A DNA stretch of 63,040 nt from Thermoplasmatota archaeon (GTDB lineage Archaea > Thermoplasmatota > E2 > DHVEG-1): contig JAFGDG010000111.1 of assembly GCA_016932245.1 (NCBI GenBank), positions 1 through 63,040 on the forward strand, in the 5' to 3' direction. Shown here piece after piece: positions 61,813 to 63,040 of the stretch. The notes under the pieces were generated by a model. The model was not told the origin of the DNA and did no database searches. It saw nothing but the letters and a program-made list of their open reading frames with translations. The position numbers and the translations under genes were made by a program. Positions within the stretch are counted from its first letter, which is position 1. Each line of letters begins with the position of its first letter.

Positions 61813-62280
61813 TTATTTCCTCTTCATGATAAATTCCCAGTGGCACCATAAATCTGGAGGATGGCTATCTGGTGGGCAGACTACACAGTCAACGTTGATA
61901 TCGGGGTTGAACTCATGTGCAAACGACTTTAGAAACCCCCACCGCACTGGTTTACACCCAAACTCCGTCAATCCTTTTTGTAAACGTGTGTTTTGCACAC
62001 GGCATTTTGTATTCCTCAAGACGGCTCTGTTTTTTTCAACAACAATTTCCTTATCTTCTAGATCCATTGCCCAACCAGAGTATTGCAACCCCTCGATCAT
62101 GGATTTGATATCATTGCCCTTGATGTTGAACAGTGATTTTATCTTACGCGCCTCAATTTTTCCCATCACTTCCCATACCTTCCGGTCAATTTCTGTTGCC
62201 GCTTCTGTTCCCCAGTGTTCTTCAATACCAAGATAATATAATCCATCAACGGCCCACATGTCTCGAAGATGCATGAACAC
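61813..62280 (-). CDS. DUF6125/ATC-hydrolase-like small cytosolic protein; true N-terminus probably further upstream
   Basis: WAVDGLYYLGIEEHWG...EIDRKVWEVMGK pattern. The in-frame upstream peptide (ISREQDKQLIEEIPKDKLADFV) looks coding but has no ATG/GTG/TTG. GGAGGAG (62350-62356) lies 6 nt before ATT (62341-62343). Confidence 0.5.
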   Translation of the reverse strand: MFMHLRDMWAVDGLYYLGIEEHWGTEAATEIDRKVWEVMGKIEARKIKSLFNIKGNDIKSMIEGLQYSGWAMDLEDKEIVVEKNRAVLRNTKCRVQNTRLQKGLTEFGCKPVRWGFLKSFAHEFNPDINVDCVVCPPDSHPPDLWCHWEFIMKRK

Positions 62281-62405
62281 AAAATCAGCAAGCTTATCCT
62301 TGGGGATTTCCTCAATGAGCTGTTTATCTTGTTCTCTGCTAATAGCTATCTCCTCCGCATCAAGTTGGATGAATTGGCGAATATAATATACAAAAGATAG
62401 GAAGT

Positions 62406-63040
62406 TTACCCCATCTTTTCTTTAATTGCAGCTGTTAATTTCGGCAATATTTCGTAGAGATCTCCCACAATGCCATAGTCGGCTGATTTGAAAATAAGCG
62501 CCTCAGGGTCTTTGTTTATCGCAACGATTATGCCCGAGTCACGCATTCCTGCAATATGCTGGATCTGCCCAGAAATTCCTGCGGCAATATACAGCTTTGG
62601 TTTTACTTTACGACCCGAAAGACCGATCCAATGATCTTCAGACAGCCATTTGAGATCTGCAGCAATAGGCCTACTACAGCCAACGGCTTTTCCTTGCAAA
62701 ACGTCAGCCAGATCGTCCACTAATTTGATATCGCTTTTATCTTTGAATCCTCGGCCGCAAGAAACAATAATTTCCGCATCTTCAACATTTGCCCCTTCTG
62801 TTTTCATTTCCTGGACCTTTACAATCTTGGATGCAGATGTTTTTCCCTCGATTTTCTTGGTAGTAATCTCGCCTTTGCGCCCGTCATCTTTTTTTAGCGG
62901 ATCAAATGCCTTTGAGGGAACCGTCACAATTGCAGGCGTAGTGTTAAACTGCTCTGTTGCTATTGCATTGCCGCTATACACTACTCTCTCAGCTATCAAC
63001 TTATTGTTTTTAATATATATATTATTTGAATCAACAACAC
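62406..63040 (-). CDS. etfA: electron transfer flavoprotein alpha subunit (C-terminal part; gene runs off the right edge)
   Basis: YSGNAIA, VSCGRG, LGASRP-like GCSRPIAAD and QIGLSG-like WIGLSGRKVKPKLYIAAGISGQIQH. The frame is open to position 63040. Confidence 0.8.
   Translation of the reverse strand, partial: VVDSNNIYIKNNKLIAERVVYSGNAIATEQFNTTPAIVTVPSKAFDPLKKDDGRKGEITTKKIEGKTSASKIVKVQEMKTEGANVEDAEIIVSCGRGFKDKSDIKLVDDLADVLQGKAVGCSRPIAADLKWLSEDHWIGLSGRKVKPKLYIAAGISGQIQHIAGMRDSGIIVAINKDPEALIFKSADYGIVGDLYEILPKLTAAIKEKMG

Overview
Dense (about 90% coding) window from an archaeal-type chromosome. The lineage call rests on an RPA70-like/RPA32-like pair, ABCE1, an eRF1-fold paralog, a eukaryote/archaeal-type GlyRS, TATA-box promoters, and frequent leaderless or GGTG/GGAGG-led starts. 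I cannot assign a phylum from sequence alone. No rRNA, tRNA, CRISPR array or transposase was recognised.

Main content:
(1) A 9.9-kb gene for a 3295-aa membrane-anchored mosaic surface protein. Domain order: DUF2341-like, parallel beta-helix, Fn3-like, 11 PKD, LamG, gingipain-type C25 peptidase, two dockerin-like modules, one TM helix, cytoplasmic winged-helix tail.
(2) A large anaerobic amino-acid and acyl-CoA catabolic set:
- histidine to THF: hutI, ftcD, fhs;
- lysine: separate eukaryote-like LKR and SDH genes plus lysine 6-aminotransferase;
- leucine: a methylcrotonyl-CoA carboxylase operon with a split alpha subunit, plus crotonases;
- ACAD, two AMP-forming CoA ligases, 4-hydroxybutyryl-CoA dehydratase and ETF;
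- a thiolase-fold protein that appears to lack the nucleophilic Cys, coupled to a DUF35 protein.
(3) A redox/stress patch: ferredoxin, nitroreductase, hemerythrin, a desulforedoxin-like ORF without a canonical start, and MsrB.
(4) Accessory items: a Cas4-like PD-(D/E)XK nuclease interrupted by a TM hairpin and a frameshift with no CRISPR context, a type II R-M pair, a B12-radical-SAM / FG-GAP neighbourhood, and several micro-ORFs missed by the 60-aa ORF cut-off.
(5) Recurrent non-coding signals:
- a bipartite promoter (TTTTGACA-N14-CTTTAWATA) in front of three unrelated small genes;
- an identical 15-mer TATA element shared by the ferredoxin and hemerythrin promoters;
- a perfect 20-bp palindrome operator between an HTH regulator and a YHS-domain permease;
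- a recurrent TTGAG-N-ATCCCATCC pyrimidine-rich element.

All functional calls come from reading motifs by eye. No database search was run.
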